Numbered from the stretch's first letter, positions 1-19,460 are shown. The stretch: 51,291 nt of DNA from Atractiella rhizophila (GCA_021432655.1 MU271209.1:62001-113291); one strand, 5' to 3'. Notes: a model not told the origin generated them from the letters alone. Numbers and translations: made by a program.

Positions 1-617
1 GCTTAGTGACACCTAAGAAACGCCAAAAGGAATAGATTGCAGACTGAAAGGATTGTAATATAGATTTGTAGAATCGCCGCTTCAAGCTGCAGTAGTAATA
101 TCGCCGTTTTGAAGTGATGTTGAAAAATGTGGTCTTGTTGCATGTGTTCAGCGGTGTACGCCTGTTCCCGTTCCTTTATCGGTCCCGACAAACGTTGATA
201 TCGATTTCGAAATGCAAAAGTTTAATTATTCCAAACGCGATCTTGAACGACTGCTGGACAGCGCTAGCCATGCGCTTGCAGATCTTTTTGTGGCTCGCAA
301 GGTGAACAGACTCAAAACACAGGAAGACAGATTGGACTGGGATTCCCCGTCATGTGAGGTCCACTCATCACGACTCCGAAATATTGTGCAATTGTGCCAC
401 AGAGAACGACCGCGGTTGACGCTTTTAAACTCTTTATTCTTGGGTTCACTCCATCGGCTGTTGGCTCCGATCACACGACGACTGACAGTTCAGAGTTCTT
501 ATTTGAAAACCAGCTTAGCGTAGAGAGGTATTTATCCAAGTGGCTTCAACAGTCCACTTCCCCTTTTCGACTCTTTGTCAAGACTCGAATCTACTGGATC
601 ACAAAGGTCGGCTCAAA

Positions 618-6579
<5,962 letters not shown>

Positions 6580-6762
6580 ATATCCCCAGCTCGATTTGGA
6601 TGGATCAGTAGGATACGCATGGACTTTAGAGCATCAGCGTTGGTTATATAACTCAATTTGTGTTAAGTCTACACCGTGCAACGACGAGCAAATGTATGCA
6701 GGTTTCGTCTATGGCAAATAGTTTATCTCCCGTCAATAGAAAGGATAGTAAAGCATATTTAC

Positions 6763-7549
6763 CTACAGTAGCTTGAGATGACCTGTTACTTGATCTACCA
6801 ACTTCCTCGGGGCAGGACCAATGCCTAAAACGGTCCGTGAGCCAGCAGCCACTTGTGTGCGTCCTCTAACACCCCACCACAGAAAGTGAGCTCCGAGAGT
6901 CAAGACAACAGAGACAGCATACGCGTCCTGAATGCTCCTAGCGCACAAGTTCAAGCTCTTTGCCACGGCCTGCAATGTTAGAAGCTCCTCTTCGTCTCCA
7001 CACCGTAAAGCGATCTTCGCTTGTCCGGTACGCTCCCAATGGCGGAGGAGCGACGGATTTGATGCGGAGAGGGATTTGTAGCATGCTAGGGTTGCATGAC
7101 TATATACAGAGAAGAGAAAGTGAGCAAAATGAAGGAAGCTGAAGCAGAGTGAAACACGAACGAACACTGTGCTGCTATTTTTCCTTTCGTCATTTTAAGG
7201 TCGTCACGGACAACTAGTACCTCCAAAATTGACCAGGGAATATTAGCTTAAGTGTTCAGGGTGTCAAGGACAACGTACGAGCTTGCATTCCTCCATCATT
7301 CCAGCTTTTACAGATCCTAGGTCACCATCTCCTTCTCCTTCGAGACCAGAATCTTCGTCCTCGCTCTCAGCTTCATTTTTAACGCGCTATGATCCCCTGG
7401 ACGTTGGATTTTGGGGGCAAGATAGAAGAAAGAGGACTGACAGTGATTGGAAGCGTCGAACCAACACCTATAAAATACCCTATTATTCCGCTGCAAACTG
7501 CCACAGCAGCGCATGTGGTGACAAGAGTTGCGGAGGACGAACTCGCCAT
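6763..7549 (-). CDS. PTH2: Peptidyl-tRNA hydrolase 2
   Basis: Spliced pieces give an N-terminal TM anchor (CAAVAVCSGIIGYFIG), then HATLACYK, WERTGQAKIALRC, IQDA|GRTQVAAGSRTVLGIGPAP..VDQVTGHLKLL, the PTH2 signature. Confidence 0.93.
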
Positions 7550-7669
7550 TCTGAATTCTGAAGAGAAAGGATAATCAAAACGGATCCGGCGGGCGGAAAT
7601 TGACACTCCTCTGATTTGAAATAGAGACAATCCATTCTCCATTCTGATCTGATATCTGCTCATAGCAAA

Positions 7670-10459
7670 ATGGCAGATCCCATTTTGTTATCATTATTTG
7701 CTAATAGTAAGCGTTAATACCTTGCTTATCTAACAGAAGAGCTGATGCCCTGGGGAAGGGTTCATGTCTGTAGCTGAGGTGACTTTTTCTGCCGTCATTC
7801 TCTCGATATTTGCACTTCGTGATCTTTAAGGGATACACCTATTCTTTGCGATAATTCGACTACCTCTTTGAGTTTTATGAATTTACTTTGACTAAAATAA
7901 TTGCACACCATCACAGGGATAGGCTTGCTTATTATTTGAGCTTGCCCTCTTCGTTTAACATGTCATTTATTGTCAAGATTATCCAAAAACCTACTGACCG
8001 CTCTTTTTCGACAGGCTATGGGACGGACTCTACAACAAACATCCATCAGTCCGTTATCGGCTACTTTGCCTTGCAAAATTATGCTGATTTGACTTTTGAA
8101 GGCACGAATATCAAAGGTCGTTTTCTCTTGAGAATCCGACAGACGTTCTGAAGAATGAATTCGATAGAACGGCTGGATTTTAGTTGCGCTATCTTCGCTC
8201 CCAATGGAGACTTAGTCGCGAATGCTCCTGTGTGTTCCTTTATTGCTTTAGGCCTACCACGGCTAAGATGACTGTACAGCACTTACCCGTACATCTTGGG
8301 AGCATGAGCTTTGCAGTTCGTTACCAGATCAATCTATTAAAGGATGATATCAACGAAGGGGATGTCATCAGTACGTGAACTGTGTTGCTCAACACTATGC
8401 TAACCAACATCTTCATTCAACGATCAAAGTGGCGAATCATCCGGAAGCAGGTGGATCTCATTTGCCCGATATTACGTGCATCACTCCAGTTTTTAGGGAT
8501 GGAAAGATAGTATTCTTTACCGGCTCTCGCGGACATCATGCTGGTAGATTCCTTTCTTCGTTCATGAACACCGTTTTCAACATTGTCCAATCAAATAGAC
8601 GTCGGCGGCATCCTCCCTGGATCGTTCGTCTTGATCCGACCCGCTCCTGACCATTGATGTTTGCTGCAGAATGCCGCCCACGAGCAAAACTATTTTCGAA
8701 GAAGGAGCGCAGATCAAGAGCTTCAAGCTCGTCAAAGCAGGAAAATATCAGCGCGAGGAACTGTTGCGTTATCTCTTGGAAGAACCGGCAAAGTAAGCTG
8801 TGCTTCCTTAAATCCGAATAATATAATCGCTGACCCGGGATTATATCGTTTGAAAGATATCCAGGTTGTTCAGGGACAAGATGCCTGAGCGATGTAGAGA
8901 GCGATCTCAAGGCACAGATAGGGGCGAATTGGAAAGGCGTCAAGTAAGTATCTGTCTTCCACCCGCTTTAGCTGCTTCTCAGACCGCCCGAAGATTGATC
9001 GAAGGGATGATTGAAGAATTTGGCCTTTCTACTGTCCAAGGTAGGTATCTCCTTCTCCTTAACTCCATATCTAGATATTCATGTGCCGTCCTTAGATTAC
9101 ATGCTCCACATCCGCGACAATGCTGCACTCGCCGTCCGCAACCTTCTTAAGCAGGTTGCGAAAGAACGAGGATCGAAACTGGAAGCGGAGGATTTTTTGG
9201 ACGATGGTTCAACGATACGACTCAAGGTGTACATCGATGGGGACAAAGGTGAGGCGGTGTTCGACTTCGAAGGGACAGGGACAGAGATGATTGGTTCGTC
9301 TATATTGTTTCTCCTCTCAGTGTGTATATGAAGACCGGATGATTAGGCAATCTGAACGCACCCGTTAGTGTGGTCTATAGCGCCATTATTTACTGCTTGC
9401 GATCTATGGTCGATCTTGACGTTAGGATTTCTTTCATTGTACTGGGGACATGCTGAATAAAAGGGAAGATACCATTGAACCAAGGCTGTCTCATCCCTAT
9501 TACCGTCAAGATTCCACCTGGGACCCTCCTATCACCTTCAGATACAGCGGCTGTTGTTGGAGGTTTGTCTCTCTGCCTCATCCGCCTAACTTCTGATTGG
9601 AATCAAATAGGGAACGTTTGTACCTCTCAGCGGATCACCGACGTCGTCTTAAAGGCATTTGAGGCCTGTGCTGCCTCACAGGGAGATTGTATGGCTTCCT
9701 TCTCTATTCCCCCGCAAAGTTGATACAGGTCGGTAGGTAACAACCTCACTTTTGGGATGGGTGGGAAGTCGGCTGCTGGCGAGCACGTCGAAGGCTGGGG
9801 CTACTATGAGACAATCGCAGGTGGCTCAGGGGCTGGTCCAACATGGGACGGGTGCGTCTCTTCCTATCATTTTTGGAGTCAAGGGCTTGACTGCCTTTTT
9901 GCTGTCAGGACAAGTGGTGTTCACACTCACATGACTAATACGCGGATCACAGATCCTGAGATTCTCGAACGGCGCTATCCCGTCATCCTTCACCAGTTCT
10001 CTCTCCGTTCCGGCTCAGGCGGCGCTGGACTACACCCTGGAGGAGAAGGTGTGGTGAGGGACATTGAATTTCTTGAGTGCGGTCTCCTCTTTTCATTGGT
10101 GAAACCCTTGTTTGATGAATGAATGAAGGCCAATTCAATGCTCTATTCTGTCTGAGCGACGCGTTTACTCCCCTTATGGCCTCAAAGGTGGAGGAAACGG
10201 AGCTCGTGGGCAGAATTTATGGGTTAAGAAAGGTCGAGAAGAGGATGGAGATGCTGGTGTCAAGGGTGGAGAGAGGATCATCAATCTTGGCGGCAAACAG
10301 ACTGTTCGTATGGGTCGAGGAGATCGAATCGTTATTTGTACGCCTGGAGGAGGGGGATGGGGGAAAGAGGGTGGGGACAGGGCAGCAAAGAGACATGAGG
10401 GGGCATGGGAGCCGCGAGGGAGTTGGGCAGAAAGGAAGGGGCATCAAGAAGGTGCTTGA
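7670..10459 (+). CDS. Stand-alone hydantoinase B / 5-oxoprolinase C-terminal-half protein, many short exons
   Basis: Spliced reading [108 protein letters not shown]. Stop at 10457-10459. Confidence 0.9.
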
Positions 10460-10556
10460 GCGAAGATATCTACAATAAGGCCTGTGTTGTATTAAGCAAG
10501 GGGAAAACCAGAGTGTATTATACATGTAACTAAGCAATACTCGGCGGTTCCTAGAA

Positions 10557-12097
10557 TTAAAGCTGAATTCTCACAACTCCCTCCTGGGAGGCCACAACAG
10601 CAAGCTTTCCATCCAGCGTATAAAAGCGACCATGTACCAAACCCCTCCCGCTCCCAGCGCGGGGGACTTCAATGTAAAAGAGCATCCATTCGCTCACATC
10701 CACACTATCAATTAGATGTTCAGCACTGAAATGATCTGAAGAAATGATACACGCACTCTTCATAAAAGTGCATATGATCCAGGGAAGCCATCATTGCTAC
10801 TTTCCTGGAGCCACTACCGATACCCAATGCCTTCGCAAGACGTACTGATAAGTAAGGAATTTGGAAGCGAAGAAAACTAAGCGTACTCGTGCGACAGTGC
10901 CGATAAACTGAAAATCCGACATGTATGTCAAAACGCACTGTTTGTTCGATAATTGTCAGATCTGCCCTGCACGAGCCACGAAGAATTGACAGAACAACGG
11001 ACCTTTTGAAAGGCGTCACCTCCCTTGATTGGCACCTTAGTCCTCACCCACTGCAGTCGCCTGTCGAACCAACATTAGGTGCAATTCTTCCTCTCCACAT
11101 CGACGGCCCACTGACCAAGGTACAGCTTCTGTCTGCCTACCCATATCCCTAAGTCCTACTTTCTCCACATTCCTAAACTCGACACTATTATTCTTCGAAT
11201 GGTCCAACGCCTTTCTTAAAAAGTCTTTAACTTTTGGACTCAGGTTAGGGTCTGCCATCTCTGCTTCGAGAATGGATTCCCTGTTCAGACACTCTTCTGG
11301 CGGCTTGATCCCGGCAGCACGCCAGTCAAAGATGGCCGCATTATGGACTTTGAGAGGATCGAGGCTTAAGCGTTCGAAGACCATCTACATCACCCACCAC
11401 CATCCGTCAGGTCCTATGTCAGCTAGCAGCTTTTGCTCAAGGATGGAGAGGACGGACGGGATGGAGAACGAGCTGTGATTGTAACGTTTGTGTGGGCTCC
11501 GGTACTTGGAAGGAGCAGACAAGAGCAAAGATTGTCTTGCCATTTTGAACAGCTTTCACGTATCTCGTCGCATAGGAACGACCAGTGCGGAGACGTTCGA
11601 CGTGGTAGAGAATACCGGAGGGTGAGAAAGCGTCTCCGAAGGAAAGAAAGTAACACTGATTGGGCAGTGGTGCGATAAGCAGGAGAACAACAAAAGAGTG
11701 GAGATTGAGGGCAACTGACGTGCATTGACTGCATCCCACATGGATGTTAGCGATTGTGAGAGGATATGAAGAAACACACGTGTAGCTTGTACGTTTCCTC
11801 TACCGTGTTCGTGGCAGCCCACACCGCCTGTCCCCTTCAACAGTTGGAGGGTAATTATCAGTTCGCCCGCTCGTGCACCTTGAAAGCGAGCGCACATAGT
11901 TTGTCCACCAAACACTCCCCGTCCATCCTGGGGTTTCCAGAGCCTAACAAAAAGACTGCATCAGCTCGTATGTCCAAACGAACAAAAATGTGAGAAAGCA
12001 GAGGAAAAGCAGACCTGACAGAACGAAACAAATCCGTATCTAGCCTCTCCAATTCCAAGGCCAGATCAGCTTGAGACGGCTGAGATGTGTGCACCAT
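10557..12097 (-). CDS. Acyl-CoA thioesterase II (TesB/Tes1-like, double hot-dog fold)
   Basis: LELERLDTDLFRS, FGGQ, YHVERLRTGRSYATRYVKAVQNGKTIF, MMASLDH, WMLFYIEVPRAGSGRGLVHGRFYTLDGKLAVVASQEGVVR. Confidence 0.9.
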
Positions 12098-12440
12098 TCT
12101 GAATTATTTCGTTCTAGGCTAAATCTAAAGGCTTGTGGCGACCTCTATACCAAATGTGAAAGCTCAAGTATTCAGGAAGGATAAGTTGTGGAAGCTCTGA
12201 ACTTGCTGGGGAATCATGTTCATTTATACCCGGCTTTCATAAGTCGTTGCGCCGGTTCGCGCTCCGGCATTTCACAAACCTCCTCCGTGCGTACGTTAAC
12301 CCTAGCTCTTATCTCTGAGCCCCAACAGAACAGAAACACCAAACCAAACAACGAATTACTGGATCTGATTGATAGTGCTGCATCAGCTCTTTATCAGCAG
12401 TTGTCATCTTCAATAGCTGTATTAACGAACGCATACTGAA

Positions 12441-15367
12441 ATGGCAGACCTTGAGGGAGAATTGGACGATCTCTCATTGTCACGCGACACTACCATGGAT
12501 GGATTTGATCCTTTGGAGAGAGAGGAAGCAGAGTTAGAGAGAGAGGAGGAAGCTGAGGAAGATGAGGGTGATGGAGATTTTTATGGCGAATCCGTACATG
12601 CAGAAGGAGTGCCAAGGTGTGATCGGAGGTTGGATGCAAAGTACGTCTTTCAGGTTGGAATACGACAGGATGATTTAGTGCGATTGAAAACATTGTTTTG
12701 GATTTTGAAACATTATAAACTGTTTCATGGCTGTTCATATCAAGCCCTAAGAGGAGTGAAGCCAGCGGCGATGGATGCTGTTCAGCCCGATGCAATGTAC
12801 ATCGACTTGCAAAGGAACTATCATCTTTATCTTCTCCTGCTTTTCAAAGTTGCGTAGCTACAAAGTAACATTGGATCCTAAGCCAATCACTCTCTGGATC
12901 ATATGGTCATAAACATGAAATTGTAGCTTGTAGGCTACTATGCACTGTGTAGCCAGGTTCATGCGCACTATACATGATATTCAACGTCAAGAATTTCCAC
13001 TGCTAATTTATATCTGTGGTACTAAGCCTTTTTTCACGTACCGTTTTCGAAGCATTTACACCAATTGAGGTGCATCCCTTTGAGAACATATGTAGCTATT
13101 TTCGAGAATGAATTTGGGTTGGCGGGGTCATCCATCTTCCATTTGGAGGTTAATGGCTCATTTATTAAAAGGCCGTTCTGTGTCTTGGTTTCAGAATGAA
13201 TCAAGTTGGCAGTATCCAAGATTTCCACTTGGATCACTCCTGCTGGGTTCATGAGTACTGTTTCTTTATGTAACGGCCCAAGAAAAGTATAGCTAATTGA
13301 TATTCGTGCCTTTTTATGAAGGAAATACAAAGATCCCTCATTTTATGCATCAGTTCTAGAGCTTCTCGTCATCGATCTAGGAGTTCCGAGCTGGGCAACA
13401 ATCCCAACTTCGCAGCTGCATAAAGTGCCCATGTCGATCCACAAAGTATCCGGTTCTCTCACCAACGCCGTCTTCTTTGTCTCCTCCAAGCCAATTCGGA
13501 TCACCACTTCACCAGACGAATCCCCGATCACGCCACAGACGGTTCTCCTTCGAGTCTATGGTCCTTCGTCAGGTTCGCTGATCTCAAGGCAATCCGAATT
13601 ACATGTTCTCCATACCCTCTCATCAAGCTATGGCATAGGACCTGCCGTCTTTGGGACGTTTGCGAACGGGCGTGTTGAGGAATATTTCCAAACGAGGGCA
13701 CTACATAAGGAAGAGCTGAGACTCAGTCGTGTCAGTCGATGGATTGCTAGACGAATGAGAGAGCTTCACCGAGTCGAGTTGGACAAAATGGAGGTTCCAG
13801 TGAAGGCTAGCAGCTCAAATCAGAGCAGACCTCCTCTGTCACATGGCGAAGGAAAAAATTGGAGTTCCGCTGCTTCAATCTTATCTACTTCGTCCGGATC
13901 CTCGGTCTACAGCTTTACGTCGGATTCTTCAACCTCGTCAGGGGCAAGCTTATCTACGCTGAGGGATGGCATCACTGCGTCGCCATTGATCCTCCCCATG
14001 CAAGATGACGGCTACATCTCTCGAGCGAGCATTAGCGAAGGAAGGTCGGTCAACAAGAAACGAAGCCGTTCCGTTGGGGGTTCGAAGAAGGCGAGCAGGA
14101 AGCTTGGTGTTTGGGAAAATATTACTCGGTGGACACGAGAGGCGAGGAAAGTATTGAAGATGGTCGATGGTTTGAAACAAGACGTGGCGATTGCTGAGGC
14201 AAACGCCAAACCATCAGAGGAAGGGCGTAGCACTCCTCCGCTCAACATTCTTTCTCCGCTACCCATCCCAAAATCCGTGCTTGCAGAGTCCTCTTCTGGC
14301 CCCCCAACGCCAGTTCCACGGCATAGAGAGCTCGCTGTTGGGTCCCCCGCCTCTAGCAACTCTTTGGAGACCGCAGGCTCTCTTCAGACTGCATTCGAAG
14401 AGTCCAGTTCTCCAGCGACGGCTTCTCCTACTTCCAGCTTCAACGAAGCGCGAGAGTTCAGGAATCCGCTCTCTACACCAGCAGACCTAATAAGACTATG
14501 CGATGACCTGGAGCTGGACAAGTTTGTTTTAGAGATAAGGAAGTATCGAGCGTTCGTGAAAAGTTGGGAGAAAGCAAATGGACGCAGCAAGAGAGTGTTC
14601 GGTAGGTTCCTGATGCTTCCTCACGCTAAACCCTCAATCTAAAGTACCACCGTAGCACATAATGACACACAGTACGGGAACCTGTTGTTGCGCACGCCGA
14701 CTCAAAATTTGGACCTCAACATTGACTATGATCAAGAGAAGGAGGAGCAGGAGCTTGTGGTTCAGAAAGGATTGAGATTCCCTCATGAGATGATCATCGT
14801 TGTAGACTTTGAATACAGCTCACCAAATGCTAGGGCATTCGACATAGGTTTGTACCTTTCTGCGTTTTGTCCACATAATGGTGAATATCGTACAACAGGA
14901 AACCATTTCATCGAATGGCAGGCTGATTACCACCATCCGCAACTTTCCCACTCACTCGTTGCTCATGGATCTTATCCAACGTGGGAAGAAAGACGCACGT
15001 TCTTCCGTGCGTATATTGGATGCGATGGCGGCCCGCTCAAGGAGGACGTTGAGGACGACCCAACCAAGGAAGAAGATCCCCGCGTGCTGAGGCTGGAGGA
15101 AGAAGTGAAAGTCTGGGGACCTAGCAGTCACGCTATGTGGGCTGTAAGTGACTTATGTTCCGCAACAGTTAGAAAGCTGACAATGTATTGAAGGTTTGGG
15201 GAATTATTCAAAGCATGTCGGACGTCGAGGCGAGAATCGAAAAATGGAATGCTTCACCCAACTTCTCCACAGACGAAGAAGTGTCTGTCGAATTCAACTA
15301 CCTCAGTTACTCGCTTTGCAGGCTGGGACTCTTTAGGAAGGCTTTGGTGGAACTGGGCATCCAGTGA
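12441..15367 (+). CDS. Choline/ethanolamine kinase with a long Ser-rich insert
   Basis: SGSLTNAVF, VLLRVYG, FANGRVEEYF, Brenner-type motif HNDTQYGNLL, IVVDFEYS, NHFIEW. Exon 1 (12441-12640) joins in frame across intron 12641-13321. Confidence 0.9.
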
Positions 15368-15730
15368 AGCAAGGTGTCGTAGTGTTTCGCACATTGGTTT
15401 CTCCTGTTAACACGCTGCAGAAATAATAATCGTCGTATTCGTATTTGCTGGATCAGACATGTTCAGTTTATGATTGCTTTCTTTTGGGACTACGGGCAAC
15501 TCAACTGTTGACGAACTCAGGCGACGTGGGACTCATGGCGCTTGCTTCTCCAGTGCTCCGCCGAAATTGCAAACCGCCATGAGACAGGAACTACCTCCGC
15601 CCCCACTTCCCCACACTAGTGCACATCCACACGTGGATGTGAGTGCTGTAATGACGATATGGCGTCTACAAAAGCCTACAAAGTCTTCGTATCTGCTCGT
15701 AGCCGCCTCAAGACATTATTACGAACAAGG

Positions 15731-17732
15731 ATGAGGGGCCTCCTTTTCCTTACTTACCTTCTGCCTGCACTAGCTCTTCCGGACTCCTCTCGTGATACAA
15801 CGCTGTTTCCGCGCGCCAAATATTCTGCAGGATGGCGAACTGATGCAACATACATCAATGACAATTCTTCCATTGGTGCTGATCCATATGTCCGTTGGGA
15901 CGATGGGACCCAACAATACTGGGCTTACAGCACTGAAGGAGCGGACGCGGGATGGTTCTTTGGAATCTACACTTCACCTGACCTAACGACTTGGACGCGG
16001 CACCCTGGTGGCGCGATCAAGAATGCTACAGAATCCAAGCTGAAAGCTGACGATTGGTACTGGGCTCCTGAATGTTATTACAACCCGAAAACAAAGTGGT
16101 ACTTTTTGTAAGTGAATTGGAGCTGCTCTACTAAGTAGACACTGAAGGAGATTTTTCATGTAGGTTCCATGCTGGACGAATGACGAACCCAAAAAACGCA
16201 GCTCAACATTTCAAGTATCCAGATTTTGAGGAAGCGAGCAAAGTCTTTGTTGCCGTGTCTCGCAATCCTGGGGGACCATTCATTAGCATCAAAGCCGAGC
16301 CTATGTAACATTCCCCCCTTCTTCAGACTAGGACGTTGACCACTGGGCTCTAGCGACTATTACCCATTCGATCCAGACTACCACGATGTCAATCTGATCA
16401 TGTCTCCCCCTTACCTTGTCCCTCCATCGAATCCAGAAGAAGGAGCAACGGCGCCCAAAGGCACCTACATTCCGTTCATTGATCCTAACGTGTATTTTGA
16501 CGACAAATCTGGCGCCATCTATCTATTCTACTCTCGAAATTGCTACCGTAACTGGGTTTGGGATCCGAAGTACAACAAATATGTGGAAGAGAGTAACATT
16601 CTTGTTGTTCAACTCGAGAGGGACTGGTGGGATGATCCCTCAGCGAAAACGTTGCCTAGAGTGCACTCGAAGTATAGGGACGCAAACAAAGGGAAGACAG
16701 CGAATTGGACAACGAGTGTGAACGCGTCCTTCGAGGGACCGACGAGGATGGACGGTTGGGTTAGTGTTATTTCGAGGACTCTGCAACCTCAGGTTTGTTG
16801 CTCCTGTCCTTTGCCACTTGCAGCGAATGAATGAAACGTGCGATAGATCTGGGAGGATGCGCACGTCTATGATTATTCGTCAAGTAATGGAACGAAGAAG
16901 GATCGAAGGTGGTCTGAGGGATCGTCGACTTTCAAAAGGTACGATGAAGATGGGAATGCTATTTATTATTTAATATATAGCTCCAACAAGTACACCGTTT
17001 TCTTTTCCCTCCAAGATCGAATAGCTTAGCTAAAGGTCCTCTCGAAGCTTCGAATCTGTGGACTACGGAGTTGGCTACGCGTATTCTTCATCAATCACAG
17101 GGCCTTTCACAAAAAGCACCACTAATCCGATTTTATCGCAGGATGCCTCGAGTTAGTCCTCTCTGTCAGACTCAACGTGCAACATGAAGTTAATTAGGAT
17201 TCTTTTTTCTTCGTGAACAGGGAAGATCTACTCCACCGGTCACGGGTCTGTCGTTGCCGCTTTGGGGAAGGATAGCACGTCCGAACTCTACTATGTTCAC
17301 CACGCCCGTCCGGATCCCTCTTCCACTCGCTATCTCTACACGTCGCGCTTTCACCTAGATGTCTCCTCTCTCAGCATTGCCATCTCCTCTCCTGCTGGAG
17401 ACCTTCGAATCCCTAGCGGGGTAGCGCCGTTCTCGATATCAGTAGACCGCAACCCTGGAAAAGGAGAGTACAAAGTTGCAGTCAAGGACGCGCAGGGCGT
17501 TGAGTTTGACTTGCGGAATCCGTCAAATCGCGTTGCCGTGATTGATATTGAGGGGAATGAGGTTGGGACTGTGAATGGAAGTTCGGTGTCTTTAAACGAG
17601 GGGGTCAAAGGAGAAGTCAGCTTCAGGTATCAGCGGGCGAGGTGGAATGTGAGTGAACCTTGGAGCAATGTTAAGCAGGGACAAGGATTGGAAGGATGGA
17701 AATTTGTGGAGGCCAATATTACAGTGTCATGA
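15731..17732 (+). CDS. Secreted glycoside hydrolase family 43-like (five-bladed beta-propeller)
   Basis: Signal peptide MRGLLFLTYLLPALA; GADPYV, WYWAPE, FIDPNVYFD, WSEG, YGVGYA..GPFTK..NPILS, STGHGS, YVHHAR motifs. Confidence 0.85.
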
Positions 17733-17871
17733 ATGTAAATAACAAAAGCCATCACCAAAATCTGACGCAAAAACCAAAACGTGGCCGTATGACTCACTCT
17801 TCAGAGCACCAAAACTGCGACCACCACCTCACCTCCAGTGGCTTGCGTGCAGCATTATCTCATCTCACACC

Positions 17872-18888
17872 ATGACCTCGTCAAGGGCACCCGAGGTGTA
17901 CATTAACGTGGACGAATGGGAAGAGAAACTGAGCATGGTAAACGTTTCCAAATCGTTCGTGACCTTTCTTACACTTCCATTTTCTAGACTTAAAAACACA
18001 TCAGGGACCTTAATCAACTTATTATGGACTATCTCATAATTGAGGGATATCCAAAGGCCGCAAAAAATTTTGCACGCGAAGCAAAAATGGACAGTCCCGT
18101 CGATATTGAGGGAATCGAGAGGAGAGTAGATATCCAGAAGGCTGCTAGAGCAGGGAAGATTGAGGATGCAATGAAGATGTGTAACGATTTGAGCACTGAG
18201 GTGAGTTTTTTTTCTCGTTTTCTCGATGTCGAAGGTGGTGTGGAAGACGAAGATGAAAAAAGATCATGCACCCCTCTCAGCGTACGAAGAGGCGGAGGTG
18301 GAAACGCCAATGCTTTAACGTGCTCAATGATGAGGAAAAATCAACCATTAACCATATCCTGAGTCGTTCAACCACCCGGCATCCTTGTGACTTCCTGCCC
18401 CTGCAGAACTAACTGGAGTTTTACAATTATAGATTTTGGATCAAAACCCGACTTTGTACTTCCACCTTCGTCTTCAACAAATAATCGAACAAATTCGGAC
18501 GCGGGACATCCTTAACTCCCTAACCTTCGCCCGCACCTATCTGGCACCGCTTGGAGAATCGAACCCCTCATTTTTACCCCAGCTGGAGCTAGCGATGTCC
18601 TTACTTGCTTTTCCAACCCACACCTCCCTACCACCTCAACTCCAGCAACTGCTTTCTCCGGCTCAGCGTCTGCAGACTGCCCTGGAGCTTAACAAGGCAA
18701 TCCTCGAGTGGCAACGGTACGGAAAGGAGACAAAGTTACCTCACCTCATTAGGTTGGCAAGTTGGGGTGAAAACCTTTTGGAGGAGAGATTGATTACCTT
18801 TCCGAGACTAGAAGTTGGGAGGGTAGAGAGATTTAAAGCTTCGGTAAAAGATCACGAGATGACCGAGGGAGAAGGGATGGAGACTTGA
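17872..18888 (+). CDS. GID8: GID/CTLH complex subunit 8 (LisH-CTLH-CRA)
   Basis: VSKS|DLNQLIMDYLIIEGYPKAAKNFARE (LisH), ILDQNPTLYFHLRLQQIIEQIR (CTLH), LELAMSLLAF..QRLQTALELNKAIL (CRA). Confidence 0.85.
18249..18362 (+). ncRNA. Candidate intronic box C/D snoRNA (snR40-like guide to 18S rRNA)
   Basis: Inside enlarged GID8 intron 18201-18431: degenerate C box AAGATGA (~18250), guide CATGCACC (18265-18272), D'-like CTCA, perfect C' ATGATGA (18327-18333), D box CTGA (18359-18362). Confidence 0.5.
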
Positions 18889-19460
18889 TTGTCACAGTCG
18901 TTTGATGTGGGAGGTGTGTGTTCTTATTGTGTCACTATCGCATTTCCGTTCCATGTATCATGATAAATGTGAGGCTGTATTGTCGAGTTTTCATGGGATC
19001 ACCTCCCTTTTCCATATGTCTGCACTGGAATGTGCAATGACAGCGTGGCTTGTCTATCACATATGAGCAGCTATCCCGCACAGAAAGTACCTCAGATCAC
19101 CATATACTTCAGGATATTAATACAGACCTTTCCATCATGCACATAGGAGATTCTCCACTTATCATCGTCGGAGATCATGGGGTTAACCGTTCTCGATGTC
19201 CGTCAATAGCTGCCCCTCCTGACTTTTCCAAGGTCTCAAGGCGGAGACGGCACCCTCCAGAGATGGAACAGTCATCAGGCTTGTGTTGTGGACTAAGTAT
19301 TCGGTGCAGACCACCCATTAGTGGGCTGTGGAAGGTCCATACCTCCATACGACACCTCTCAATCCCATGACGATTAACCGAGCTTGACCCAACTAAGAGC
19401 ACGTTGTTACCGTTGAGGTTTCAGAAGAATAGTGCTTTGAAGGTGGAGTGAAGAGAGTGG

